From an uncultured Spirochaetota bacterium (GTDB taxonomy: Bacteria; Spirochaetota; Spirochaetia; SZUA-6; Fen-1364), in NCBI GenBank assembly GCA_963781885.1, contig CAWAHW010000002.1, positions 704,001 through 768,000 on the forward strand: a DNA stretch of 64,000 bases. Direction: 5' to 3'. Both the position numbers and the translations under genes were made by a program. The notes under the pieces were generated by a model that made no database searches, was not told the DNA's origin, and saw nothing but the letters and a program-made list of their open reading frames with translations. The first letter of the stretch is position 1; every line of letters begins with the position of its first letter. Positions 33,121 to 42,760 of this stretch are shown piece by piece.

Positions 33121-34215
33121 ATGGCGACAGTAGAGTTGAGGAACATTTCCAAGGTCTACGAGGGGGGCGTCAAGGCGGTCGACAACGCCAACCTCACAAT
33201 TAATGACAAGGAGTTCGTCGTCCTCGTCGGCCCGTCGGGCTGCGGCAAGACGACAACGCTCCGCATGGTCGCAGGTCTTGAGGAAATTTCGGGGGGCGAG
33301 CTGTACATCGACGGCAAGCTCATGAACGACGTGGCCCCGAAGGACCGCGACATCGCGATGGTGTTCCAGAACTACGCGTTGTACCCCCACATGACGGTGT
33401 ACGACAACATGGCTTTCGGGCTGAAGATCCGCAAGTACCCGAAGGCGGAGATCAACGCCCGCGTCCACGAGGCGGCGCAGATCCTCGACATTGAAGAGCT
33501 GCTCGATCGCAAGCCGAAGGCCCTCTCGGGCGGCCAGAGGCAGCGCGTGGCGGTCGGCCGCGCAATCGTGCGCAAGCCGAAGGTCTTTCTTTTCGACGAG
33601 CCGCTGTCCAACCTCGACGCGAAGCTCCGCGTCCAGATGAGGGCAGAGCTCTCGGCGCTCCATCACCGGCTCCAGGCCACGATGATCTACGTCACGCACG
33701 ACCAGATCGAGGCCATGACCATGGGGGACCGGATCGTCGTCCTGAAGGACGGGCTCATCCAGCAGATCGGCACCCCGCTTGGTCTCTACAATACGCCGGT
33801 GAACAGATTCGTCGCCGGTTTCATCGGGTCGCCTCCCATGAACTTCATGAAGGTGAGCCTGAAGATGGAAGGCGGCAAGTTGCTCGCGGACGAAGGAACC
33901 TTCCGTATGGAGCTCACGCCCCAGCAGACGGAATCCCTGCGCAACTACGCCGGCAAGGATGCGATATTCGGGATCAGGCCGGAAGACCTCCTGTACTCGG
34001 AGAACGGCTCAAAACCAAACTCGATACCGTCCAAGGTGGAAGTCATCGAGCCCCTGGGATCTGAAATCCATCTCTGGGTGAGCACGAAAAACAACCAGCT
34101 CGTCGCGAAGGTCGCGCCGAAGTACACGTTCCACATCGGCGACACCGCGCATCTGGTGCCGGACCTTTCCAAGATCCACTTCTTCGACCTGGAAACGGAG
34201 AAAGCCACCTTCTAG
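33121..34215 (+). CDS. Sugar ABC transporter ATPase (MalK/MsmX/UgpC family)
   Basis: GPSGCGKT, LSGGQRQR, FDEPLSNLD, VTHDQ and TOBE motif GIRPE. Confidence 0.97.
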   Translation: MATVELRNISKVYEGGVKAVDNANLTINDKEFVVLVGPSGCGKTTTLRMVAGLEEISGGELYIDGKLMNDVAPKDRDIAMVFQNYALYPHMTVYDNMAFGLKIRKYPKAEINARVHEAAQILDIEELLDRKPKALSGGQRQRVAVGRAIVRKPKVFLFDEPLSNLDAKLRVQMRAELSALHHRLQATMIYVTHDQIEAMTMGDRIVVLKDGLIQQIGTPLGLYNTPVNRFVAGFIGSPPMNFMKVSLKMEGGKLLADEGTFRMELTPQQTESLRNYAGKDAIFGIRPEDLLYSENGSKPNSIPSKVEVIEPLGSEIHLWVSTKNNQLVAKVAPKYTFHIGDTAHLVPDLSKIHFFDLETEKATF

Positions 34216-34230
34216 TCCGTCGTTGGAATC

Positions 34231-34267
34231 AAAAAGGGGCTGTCCAAAAAGGGCAGCCCCTTTTTTT
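34231..34267. terminator. Bidirectional rho-independent terminator
   Basis: AAAAA-GGGGCTGTCC-AAAAA-GGGCAGCCCC-TTTTTTT between convergent genes. Confidence 0.9.
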
Positions 34268-34312
34268 GTCCTGCGCGCCGCCTCCGGTGTCGGCGGTCCA
34301 GCTGCCGCCCCC

Positions 34313-34373
34313 GCGCCGGGTACGGCGCTAGGGGCTCGCTCCCGTGCATCCAACTCCGCCAGGAGCGGAAGGC
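34313..34373. repeat. Two solo palindromic modules
   Basis: GCGCCG-GGTA-CGGCGC (34313-28) and CAAC-TCCGC-CAGGA-GCGGA-AGGC (34351-73). Confidence 0.6.
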
Positions 34374-34397
34374 ACTCGCTCGCCCTCGACATCGTGT

Positions 34398-35480
34398 CTA
34401 GGGCAACTCGCCATTGTTCCTCTTGGCGTACTGCTTGGCGACGTAGCGTGTCAGCGCGAGCTTCTGCGCGACGTCCCGGCGCTGGCTCTGCACCTGCGCG
34501 AAGAATTGCGCCGTGGTGAGGCCAGGGTCGATCGTGCCGACGCCTGTTCCCGCGTCGTGGAGCGCCTGCAGGCGCGGGAGCCGGAAGCTCACCCGTTCGA
34601 GCTGGAACTGCGTCCGGCGCATGCGGGCAAGCTGCCCGCCTATCGCCAGGCGCTCGCGGATGACCTCCCCGCGCGTGCCGATCCGGCCGCGCCTGTCCTC
34701 GTCCGCCCACTTGCTGAGGATGGACTGGCTGCGCAGGAGCTCAGCATTCTCTGTGTCGAGCTCCCGGACGAGCCGGTTGTAGAGCCGGGCATTGGCCTGA
34801 ATGAGCCGGAAGGCGTTCTGCTGGAGAAACTGCGCGCGCTGGGTCGACCACGTTCCGCGGTATGTATCCAGGTCGGCCGCCGCAACAGCCGAGGCCCTGA
34901 AGAGAACCAGAGGCTGTTTCTCCACCACCGTGCCCGGCTGTGCGTGAAGCTCCTTGCCCTGGTCGTCGGTGACCGCAACGTCGCCATCGTCGCACGTGAC
35001 GAGGATGTCGCCCGTCTCGGGCGCCGTCACCGTGAAGCTCGTGCCACGAACGCCCATCACCGCCGAGTCGCTCTTCACGCTCACCGCCTGGTCTCCCGTG
35101 AGCTTCGCCACTTTCAGCGCAATCTGTCCGCCGATGATGCCGATTGTCGTCTGCTGTTTTCCCTGGAGCGTGGAGGTTTCGAGGGAGAACTGCGTGTTGC
35201 TGCTCAGCTTGACCGTGATGTGCGGCACGGAGGGGGCGTCGAGGGAAAGCTCGGCCAGGCCGTCGGCGCCGGTTTTCACCATGTCGAAGTTCTGCACGTC
35301 GGAGCCGATGGCAACGCCCGAGACGTCGTCGCCGTTGCGCACGATGGAGACGTCCCCCTCCATGTACGTGACGCTCCCCATGCTGTCATCGGCGTATGCG
35401 CGCGCCGACAGAAGGAGACACGCGACGAGCAGGAAGCCCGTCGCGTGTCGGCGGCTCAGAGCAGGGCGAACACCAGCCAC
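34398..35480 (-). CDS. Exported FecR-domain protein
   Basis: Signal peptide, VKTGADGLAEL and SAVMGVRGTSF FecR motifs. Confidence 0.85.
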   Translation of the reverse strand: MAGVRPALSRRHATGFLLVACLLLSARAYADDSMGSVTYMEGDVSIVRNGDDVSGVAIGSDVQNFDMVKTGADGLAELSLDAPSVPHITVKLSSNTQFSLETSTLQGKQQTTIGIIGGQIALKVAKLTGDQAVSVKSDSAVMGVRGTSFTVTAPETGDILVTCDDGDVAVTDDQGKELHAQPGTVVEKQPLVLFRASAVAAADLDTYRGTWSTQRAQFLQQNAFRLIQANARLYNRLVRELDTENAELLRSQSILSKWADEDRRGRIGTRGEVIRERLAIGGQLARMRRTQFQLERVSFRLPRLQALHDAGTGVGTIDPGLTTAQFFAQVQSQRRDVAQKLALTRYVAKQYAKRNNGELP

Positions 35481-36613
35481 GCGGACCCTTCCTGCACGAA
35501 ATAGTATTTCTGGTACATCGACCAGAACGGGATGCCGGCGGAGAGATCCGTTTTTGCCTTGACGTTCAGCACATAGATCGTTCCCGTGACGCCGTCCACC
35601 GGGCTTGCCGCGGGCTGGACGAACGCGCTGTCCAGATCCACCACGTCGGCGAGTGTCGGGCTGCCGAAATCGGGATTGTCGAAATAGCCCTGGAGGGTCG
35701 TCTTCAGCTCATCCTGCGTCACCGTCTGACGCAGCCGCAGGAAGCGGATGCTCGGGCTGGTGAATCCGACGGCGCCATCGGCGTCCTTCTTCAAGATCGC
35801 AGTCATGAAGCCGGTGTATGCGTCGGTGATCTGCTTGCCCGCGTCCGCCTGTGAAAGCATCATGGCGGGAACGGCGGCCACGGCCGTTGCCTTCTGCGGG
35901 GCCCACGTGAGCGGAGGAGGCGTCTGGCCGATGGCGAAGATGGACCAGGCGCCGGATACCCGATGGATGAAGAACTGCTGTTTCTGCTCCCAGACGCTCA
36001 GGGACGAGGAGAAGTCCGGCTTTGCGTTCACCGTGAGGGTGTAGGTGTCGCCCCAGGCCGCCTGTTCCACCTGTGGCGCGGCGGCGACGACGATGCTGTC
36101 CAGGTCATAGACGGCGGCCGGATCCATGCCTTTCAGGGGCGCGGCGGCGAAGAAGCTCTGGAGGGCCGGCAGCGCGTCGGCGCTCGTCACGTCGGCCCCC
36201 AGCTTTGTAAAATAGACGGAGCCGTCGAGGAAACTCACCACGCCTGCCGCATCCTCGGCAACGAGGCTGCCGACGAAGCGCAGGAAAAAGGAGTTGATGG
36301 CCGCGGTGGGAACCGTCCCGGCACCCGACCCGATGGTGGTGGCGCGCCCCTGCGCGAGAAGCTCCGCGGCGGAAGGCAGCGCCGTATCCTTGATCGCGGC
36401 GGGGTCGAGCTGCGGGTAGATGAGCCGGGCCACCGTCATGTAATCGGCACCCTTGTCCTTCTCACCGACCGCCTGGTATTGCTTCCCGGCGAGCCAGTAC
36501 GCCTCGCCGACCGCCTGTCGCTGAGCATCGGTATAGGTCTTCCAGAATTGTCCCCACACGAGGCCCGAAGCGGCGAGCAGGATCAGCACGGAGAGAAAGA
36601 GTTTTTTCCTCAT
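35456..36613 (-). CDS. Secreted hypothetical protein with two tandem similar (NTF2-like) domains
   Basis: ATG 36613 after GAGGAGG; signal peptide; internal duplication visible in the translation. Confidence 0.8.
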   Translation of the reverse strand: MRKKLFLSVLILLAASGLVWGQFWKTYTDAQRQAVGEAYWLAGKQYQAVGEKDKGADYMTVARLIYPQLDPAAIKDTALPSAAELLAQGRATTIGSGAGTVPTAAINSFFLRFVGSLVAEDAAGVVSFLDGSVYFTKLGADVTSADALPALQSFFAAAPLKGMDPAAVYDLDSIVVAAAPQVEQAAWGDTYTLTVNAKPDFSSSLSVWEQKQQFFIHRVSGAWSIFAIGQTPPPLTWAPQKATAVAAVPAMMLSQADAGKQITDAYTGFMTAILKKDADGAVGFTSPSIRFLRLRQTVTQDELKTTLQGYFDNPDFGSPTLADVVDLDSAFVQPAASPVDGVTGTIYVLNVKAKTDLSAGIPFWSMYQKYYFVQEGSAWLVFALL

Positions 36614-36669
36614 GCGCAGCCTCCTCATTCGAAGTGCGACGTAATTCATTTTACCAATTCGAGTTTGAG

Positions 36670-36698
36670 TTGACAACCCATATTCCTGCTGGTAAGCT
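36670..36698 (+). promoter_or_regulatory. Sigma70-type promoter of the LysM lipoprotein
   Basis: TTGACA-17 nt-TAAGCT. Confidence 0.6.
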
Positions 36699-36758
36699 TT
36701 TACCGTTCGTTGTGCACCTCTCCGGCGGGGAGGAAGAATGTCCATGAGGGAGGCTGCC

Positions 36759-38615
36759 ATGGCCCGATTGATCCGTTGTGCGGCGATTGTTGGTCTCTCC
36801 ATTGTCCTCATGAACTGTCCATCGACGCCCAAAAAGCCCCTCGACACCGTCGCGGCGCCCGCATTCACCCCGGCGGAAGGCACGTTCGCGTCCAGCCAAT
36901 CGGTGACGCTGGCGACGTCCACGGACGGCGCGAGCATCCGCTACACCACGGACGGCACCGTGCCCACGGCCACGACAGGCACCGCGTACTCAGGCGCCAT
37001 CGCCGTGTCGGCCACGACCACCATTCGCGCCATCGCCGCGAAGACGGGCTGGAACGATTCTCCCGTCGTGAGTGCGACATTCACCATCACGGGCAAGGTC
37101 GCCGACATACAGTTCAGCCCAGCGGCCGGAAGCTTCGATGCCGCCACCTCGGTCACGCTCAGCACGGACACAGATGGCGCGCAGATCTATTTCACCACGG
37201 ACGGCTCCGATCCCACCGCCGCGAACGGCACGCTCTACGCGGGGCCGGTCTCCGTTTCTGCCACGCAGACGATCAAGGCCATCGGCGTGAAACAGTCCTG
37301 GGAAAGCTCCGCGATCGCAAGCGCGACCTTCACGATCAATGTCGCCCAGACCGTCACGACCCCGGCCGTCGAGCCCATCACCGACGTGGAGGTCACCGAC
37401 GCACGCAACGCGCTGGCGCGCGCAAAGGAAGTGGACGCGGACTTCTTCGATCCCGACAACTACGATGCGGCGCGTAGCGCCCTTGACGACGGCATCAGCA
37501 TGCGTGTCTCTGACCCGGCCACTGCGCGGCAGCGCCTGGATACGGCAAAGGAGAAGGCAGACCTGGCGTTCACGAATTCCGTCCAGCGCGCCGCCCAGGA
37601 CATGGCTGGCGCAATGGATGCGGTAAAGCAGCGCCTTCTCACGCTGGAGGCGGACAAGTTCCTCCCCGACGACTACCAGAAGTCCACGGCCGGCATCGAT
37701 GAGGCTGCGTCCCTCTTCGCCGACAACAAGTACGCTGATGCCCGCGCACGCGGCTACCAGGCGCTCAAGGAGATGACGGACCTCGCCAATACGCTGGAAA
37801 GCAGGCTTGCAGGGGTGCGGACGCTGAAAAGCGACACCGAGCAGCTCATGAAGCAGATCGAGGACTCGGACCTGTACACCTATGCGCCCGGCCAGAAGGA
37901 CAAGGTCACCACGTTGTACGTGAACGGCGTCACCGCTCTTTCGACCTACAAGCTGGATTCCGCGGAGGAGAACTTCGGCGCGGCGCGGGAGGCGGCGCGG
38001 GACACCATCCGCATCGCCAAGGACGCGCAGGACACCACGCAGGCCGCCCAGAAGGCGAAGGCCGAGGCGATGCAGGCGCAGGTGATGAAGGCACTCCAGG
38101 ATGCCTCGGCGCTCACGGTGGTGACGGAGGACGGGACCGTCATCAAGCCGCAGAACTGGAAGGAAGACGACTTCCTGAAGCAGATCGACCAGATGATGCA
38201 GCAGCAGCAACAGCAGCAGCAGAAGAACTCGTCCGACGACCAGTCGATGCTGATACCGCAGGACCAGAGCACGGCCGTCATGGCCGACGAATCGTCGCCC
38301 AATCTCCTCCAGCAGGCACGGGACTTGTGGGTCCAGGGCCTCAAGGAAAACCAGGCGGGCAACTATGGCAAGGCCCAGGACTATTTCGCGGAGGCGCAGC
38401 GCTACATCGACATCTACAAGTCCTACGCGGTGAAGGGCGTCTACACCGTCCGCCTCATCCCGGACCGGCGCGATTGCCTCTGGAGGATCGCCGAATACGG
38501 GGACATCTATGGCGATCCGTACAAGTGGCCCACGATCTGGAGAAGGAACCGCAAGCTGATCCAGAACCCGGACCTGATATTCCCGGGCTGGCAGCTCGTC
38601 ATTCCGCCGAACTAG
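36759..38615 (+). CDS. Lipoprotein with two Fn3-associated/chitobiase C-terminal domains, a helical region and a C-terminal LysM-like domain
   Basis: Lipobox LMNC; two (IRY/IYF)TTDG.P...GT.Y.G repeats; DCLWRIAEY..IYGDPYKWP..I.NPDLIFPGW.LVIP. Confidence 0.88.
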   Translation: MARLIRCAAIVGLSIVLMNCPSTPKKPLDTVAAPAFTPAEGTFASSQSVTLATSTDGASIRYTTDGTVPTATTGTAYSGAIAVSATTTIRAIAAKTGWNDSPVVSATFTITGKVADIQFSPAAGSFDAATSVTLSTDTDGAQIYFTTDGSDPTAANGTLYAGPVSVSATQTIKAIGVKQSWESSAIASATFTINVAQTVTTPAVEPITDVEVTDARNALARAKEVDADFFDPDNYDAARSALDDGISMRVSDPATARQRLDTAKEKADLAFTNSVQRAAQDMAGAMDAVKQRLLTLEADKFLPDDYQKSTAGIDEAASLFADNKYADARARGYQALKEMTDLANTLESRLAGVRTLKSDTEQLMKQIEDSDLYTYAPGQKDKVTTLYVNGVTALSTYKLDSAEENFGAAREAARDTIRIAKDAQDTTQAAQKAKAEAMQAQVMKALQDASALTVVTEDGTVIKPQNWKEDDFLKQIDQMMQQQQQQQQKNSSDDQSMLIPQDQSTAVMADESSPNLLQQARDLWVQGLKENQAGNYGKAQDYFAEAQRYIDIYKSYAVKGVYTVRLIPDRRDCLWRIAEYGDIYGDPYKWPTIWRRNRKLIQNPDLIFPGWQLVIPPN

Positions 38616-38628
38616 AGACGGACCTCGT

Positions 38629-40023
38629 TCAGGTTCCGACAGGTCCTGCGTACCGCCGGATCTTCTGGACCAGCTCTTCTTTCCGTTGCAAGAGCCCCTT
38701 TTCCGTCGCGGATTCGACCACCAGACGGAGGAGGGGCTCGGTGTTTGAGACCCTCAGATTGAACCACCAATCTGCGTAGTCTATTCGGATGCCGTCCAGG
38801 TCCGTGAGCTTTCCATCGGAATATTCCTGTTGCACCCGCCTGACGATCTCTGCCCCGTTGGAAACGGTGAAATTGAGCTCCCCGGAAAAATGGTACCTGT
38901 CGATCTCCGCCATCAGTCGGGAGAAGGGGAGCCCCGACCGCGCCAGCACTTCCAGCACCACGAGAGCCGCGATCATGCCCGAGTCGCAAAAGAAGTTTTC
39001 CCGGAAGTAATAGTGCCCCGCGAGCTCCCCGCCCGCGATCCCCCCCGTTTCCCGCAGCAGCTTCTTGGCGTATGAGTGCCCCACCTTGCAGATGGTCGGC
39101 ACCGCGCCCAGCGCCTGCAGTGCCTCCACGACGCTGCGGGAGGAGCGGATGTCGTATGTCATCACGCGGCTCGGCGCTGCCGCCTCGCCCATTGGGACAC
39201 CGGGGGCAAGGAGCCTCTCGGGGTGCAGCGTGAAGTAGGAGCGGCCCAGGAGGGCGATGATCAGGTCCGGGGAGATGAACCGGCCGGTCTCGTCGACGAA
39301 CATCACGCGGTCTGCATCGCCGTCGAAACAGATGCCGCAGTCTGCCTTGTCCCCGCGGACGCGCGCCTTCAGGGCGGCGAGGTTCTCCTCCACCAGCGGG
39401 TTGGGCGCATGATTCGGGAAGGTGCCGTCCGGCTCGTCGAAGAGAAGCGAGTAGCGCAGCCCGGTGCCGGCAAGCACGTCCCGGAGAAAGACGCCCACCA
39501 TGCCGTTCGAGCAGTCAATGACGGCAGAGAGGCGGGAGAGGTCCGAACGGAAACGCGCGAGATGCGCGACGTAATCCGCGCGGATGTCGATGCTGCGGAC
39601 GACCCCCTTTGCTGCTGCCGCGGCGGGCAATGGGCGCGTGGCGACCGCGCGCTCCAGCTCCGCGAGTCCCGTATCGAAGCCGACAGGCACCGCCCAACGG
39701 CGCGACACCTTCAGGCCGTTGTATTCCGGGGGGTTGTGCGAGGCGGTGATCATCACGCTGCCGTCGAACGCGTAGTGGGCCGTGCTGAAATACACCGCCG
39801 GCGTGTCGCAAAGCCCAATGTCCACGACGTCGCATCCCGCCTCGATTATGCCGGCCGTGAGCATCTGGAATATTTCCGGCGAAGAGGTGCGCACGTCGCG
39901 ACCCACGCCGATGCTCCGCGCGGCCAGGAGGCCGGGAAGGCATCTGCCGACGGCGTAGGCGGTGTCGCCCGTCCACTCGCTGCCGAAAACCCCGCGAATA
40001 TCGTAGGACTTGAAGATTCCCAT
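38629..40023 (-). CDS. Phosphomannomutase/phosphoglucomutase
   Basis: FKSYDIRG, TASHNP, FDGDADR, GELAGHY and RVSNTEP motifs. Confidence 0.96.
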   Translation of the reverse strand: MGIFKSYDIRGVFGSEWTGDTAYAVGRCLPGLLAARSIGVGRDVRTSSPEIFQMLTAGIIEAGCDVVDIGLCDTPAVYFSTAHYAFDGSVMITASHNPPEYNGLKVSRRWAVPVGFDTGLAELERAVATRPLPAAAAAKGVVRSIDIRADYVAHLARFRSDLSRLSAVIDCSNGMVGVFLRDVLAGTGLRYSLLFDEPDGTFPNHAPNPLVEENLAALKARVRGDKADCGICFDGDADRVMFVDETGRFISPDLIIALLGRSYFTLHPERLLAPGVPMGEAAAPSRVMTYDIRSSRSVVEALQALGAVPTICKVGHSYAKKLLRETGGIAGGELAGHYYFRENFFCDSGMIAALVVLEVLARSGLPFSRLMAEIDRYHFSGELNFTVSNGAEIVRRVQQEYSDGKLTDLDGIRIDYADWWFNLRVSNTEPLLRLVVESATEKGLLQRKEELVQKIRRYAGPVGT

Positions 40024-40029
40024 GTGGCG

Positions 40030-40059
40030 ATAGTAGCAGGGGAGGAGCCGTCGCGGCAA
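40030..40059 (-). promoter_or_regulatory. Sigma70-type promoter, probably leaderless
   Basis: TTGCCG-18 nt (ending TGC)-TACTAT with ATG 6 nt downstream. Confidence 0.6.
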
Positions 40060-40081
40060 ATGCGTCCGGCCGCCGAACGCG

Positions 40082-40170
40082 ACCGGCTACGGTGGCCGCA
40101 TAAATGCCACGGAATACCGTGGCCGCAATGCCACGGAATCACACGGAGTACCGTGTGTGCTACCGTGGCC
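40082..40170. repeat. Cluster of palindromic modules including a nested copy
   Basis: GCCACGG-AATA-CCGTGGC (40106-23), then GCCACGG-AA[TCACACGG-AGTA-CCGTGTGTGC]TA-CCGTGGC (40130-69). Confidence 0.85.
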
Positions 40171-40208
40171 GCCTGTACAGCGCGCCCGTTTTTGACTACG
40201 CTGAGACT

Positions 40209-42746
40209 ATGGGACATCTGGCATTCATCATCAAGCCGAATATTCCTGAGAGGCTGAAACCGCTCGAGGAGCTCGCGCACAACCTTTGGATCAGCTGGAA
40301 CTTCGAAGCCATCATGCTCTTCATGCGCCTGGACTACGACACGTGGCTGGAGGCGCGGCAGAGTCCCGTGCGCATGCTCGGCCTCGTCGCCCAGGACAAG
40401 CTGGAGGCCGCGGCGCGCGACGACTCGTTCCTTGCGGCGCTCAACGCGGTCTGGTCGAAGTTCACGCGCTACCTCGGCGCGGAGCGCTGGTACAAGGGTG
40501 CCCAGAACACCGCCATCGCTTATTTCTCGATGGAGTACGGGCTCGACGTTGCGCTGCCGGTGTATTCCGGCGGTCTGGGGATGCTTTCGGGAGATCATCT
40601 GAAGACCTCCTCGGACCTCGGGCTTCCATTGGTGGGGGTGGGTCTCCTGTATCGGCAGGGCTACTTCCAGCAGTACCTCAACCTGGACGGGTTCCAGCAG
40701 GAATCGTATCCCGAGAACGACTGGTACAACATGCCGGTCACGCTCTGCCGCGACGAAAAGGGCACACCGCTGGCGGTCAAGGTGGAAATGGGACCGTCGG
40801 TTGCCACGGCCTGGATCTGGAGGGTGGCGGTGGGCAAAAACGCCCTCTACCTCCTGGACACGAACATCGACGCCAACACCCCCGAGCTGCGGCTCATCAC
40901 CGCGTCGCTGTACGGCGGCGACAAGGAGACGAGGATACAGCAGGAGATGCTCCTGGGCGTCGGCGGCGTGCGCGCGCTGCGCGCGCTGGGAATCTCGGCT
41001 TCCTGCATGCACATGAACGAGGGGCATTCGGCGTTCCTCTGCCTGGAGCGCATGCGCTCCCTCATGCAGGAGAGCAAGCTGTCCTATGCCGATGCGGCGC
41101 AATTCGTCTGGTCGACAAACGTGTTCACCACGCATACGCCGGTTCCCGCGGGCAACGAGCGCTTTTCACCGGCGCTCATGGAAAAGTACCTGGGTGGCAC
41201 GGCGCACGACCTGGGGCTTTCGTGGAAGGACTTCCTTGCGCTGGGCCGTGAGGACCCGAACAACGACGGGGAGGACTTCTGCATGACGGTGCTCGCCCTG
41301 CGCCTGTCCGCGTTCAACAACGGCGTGAGCAGGCTGCACGGCGAGGTCTCCCGGACGATGTGGCGGAGCATCTGGCCGTCGCTCCCGGTGGAGGAGGTGC
41401 CCATCGGGCACATCACGAATGGCGTCCATCCGCGCACCTGGATCAGCCACGACATGATCGACCTGCTGGACAGGTTCTTCGGCCCGGAGTTCCACGACAC
41501 GCCAACGAACCTGGAGATCTGGAACCGCATCGACCGCATCTCCGACGAGGAGCTGTGGCGCACCCATGAGCGCCGGCGGGAGCGGCTTGTCGCCTTCGCG
41601 CGCCAGCGTCTCCTTCAGCAGCTGGAGCGCCGCGGGGTCACCAACTCCGAGCTTTCGCGCGGAGCGGACGCGCTGTCGCCGTATACGCTGACGATCTGCT
41701 TCGCGCGGCGCTTCGCGACGTACAAGCGGGCGGACCTCCTGCTCTCCGACCCCGAGCGGCTCATCCGCCTTCTCACGAACAAGGAAAGGCCCGTGCAGAT
41801 GATATTCGCCGGCAAGGCTCACCCCCACGACCTGCCGGGCAAGGAGATCATCAAGCGCATCGTCCATTTCTCCAGCGACCCGCGGGTCGCCAGCCGCATC
41901 GTGTTCCTCGAGGACTACGACATGAACATGTCGCGCTACCTCGTCTCGGGGAGCGACCTCTGGATGAACACGCCGCGGCGGCCCCTGGAGGCGAGCGGCA
42001 CAAGCGGCATGAAGGCCGCCATGAACGGAACGCTCAATCTTTCGATCCTCGATGGCTGGTGGGATGAGGCCTACACCGCCGGCATCGGCTGGGCGATCGG
42101 CCGGGGCGAGGAATACGAGGATCACGTTCTACAAGACGAGGTGGAAGGCAAGGCGCTGTACGACCTGCTGGAGCGCGAGATCATCCCCCTCTTCTATACG
42201 CGCGGCATGGACGGGCTCCCGCGCGAGTGGATCCGCCGGATGAAGGAATCCATGCGCGACGTGGGGAAGAAGTTCAGTACGCACCGGATGCTGCTGCAGT
42301 ACGCCGACACCTTCTACGCGCCGGCCGTGCGCAACGCGAAGACATTTGCCGCCAAGGGATACGCGCAGAGCAAGGAGGTGGCGGCATATCTTTCACGCCT
42401 GCGGGAGCACTGGGCGGAGCTTCGCATCGAGGAGCTCACGTCCGACGCGGCGCCGATCCTCACCATCGGCAATACCATCTCCGTGAAGGCGCGCATCTTC
42501 CTCGCCGGGCTGTCCGCGGGGGACCTGGGCGTCGAGCTGTACTACGGGGCGCTGTCGTCCAAGGGGGCAATCGAGGAGCCGCGGAGGATGGAGATGGTGC
42601 CGTGCGGCGTCGAGGGCAGCACGGCCCTGTACTGCGCGCAGGTGGCGTGCGACAGGACGGGCCGGCAGGGTTACACGATCCGCATCCTGCCGAAGCACGA
42701 TACGCTCGTGCATCCCTTCCTGCCCGGTCTGGTGAAGTGGGGTTGA
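40209..42746 (+). CDS. glgP: Alpha-glucan (glycogen) phosphorylase
   Basis: YSGGLGMLSGDHLK, MNEGH, ARRFATYKR, GKAHP and EASGTSGMK (PLP lysine). Confidence 0.97.
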   Translation: MGHLAFIIKPNIPERLKPLEELAHNLWISWNFEAIMLFMRLDYDTWLEARQSPVRMLGLVAQDKLEAAARDDSFLAALNAVWSKFTRYLGAERWYKGAQNTAIAYFSMEYGLDVALPVYSGGLGMLSGDHLKTSSDLGLPLVGVGLLYRQGYFQQYLNLDGFQQESYPENDWYNMPVTLCRDEKGTPLAVKVEMGPSVATAWIWRVAVGKNALYLLDTNIDANTPELRLITASLYGGDKETRIQQEMLLGVGGVRALRALGISASCMHMNEGHSAFLCLERMRSLMQESKLSYADAAQFVWSTNVFTTHTPVPAGNERFSPALMEKYLGGTAHDLGLSWKDFLALGREDPNNDGEDFCMTVLALRLSAFNNGVSRLHGEVSRTMWRSIWPSLPVEEVPIGHITNGVHPRTWISHDMIDLLDRFFGPEFHDTPTNLEIWNRIDRISDEELWRTHERRRERLVAFARQRLLQQLERRGVTNSELSRGADALSPYTLTICFARRFATYKRADLLLSDPERLIRLLTNKERPVQMIFAGKAHPHDLPGKEIIKRIVHFSSDPRVASRIVFLEDYDMNMSRYLVSGSDLWMNTPRRPLEASGTSGMKAAMNGTLNLSILDGWWDEAYTAGIGWAIGRGEEYEDHVLQDEVEGKALYDLLEREIIPLFYTRGMDGLPREWIRRMKESMRDVGKKFSTHRMLLQYADTFYAPAVRNAKTFAAKGYAQSKEVAAYLSRLREHWAELRIEELTSDAAPILTIGNTISVKARIFLAGLSAGDLGVELYYGALSSKGAIEEPRRMEMVPCGVEGSTALYCAQVACDRTGRQGYTIRILPKHDTLVHPFLPGLVKWG

Positions 42747-42760
42747 GAGAAGGCCTCGTG

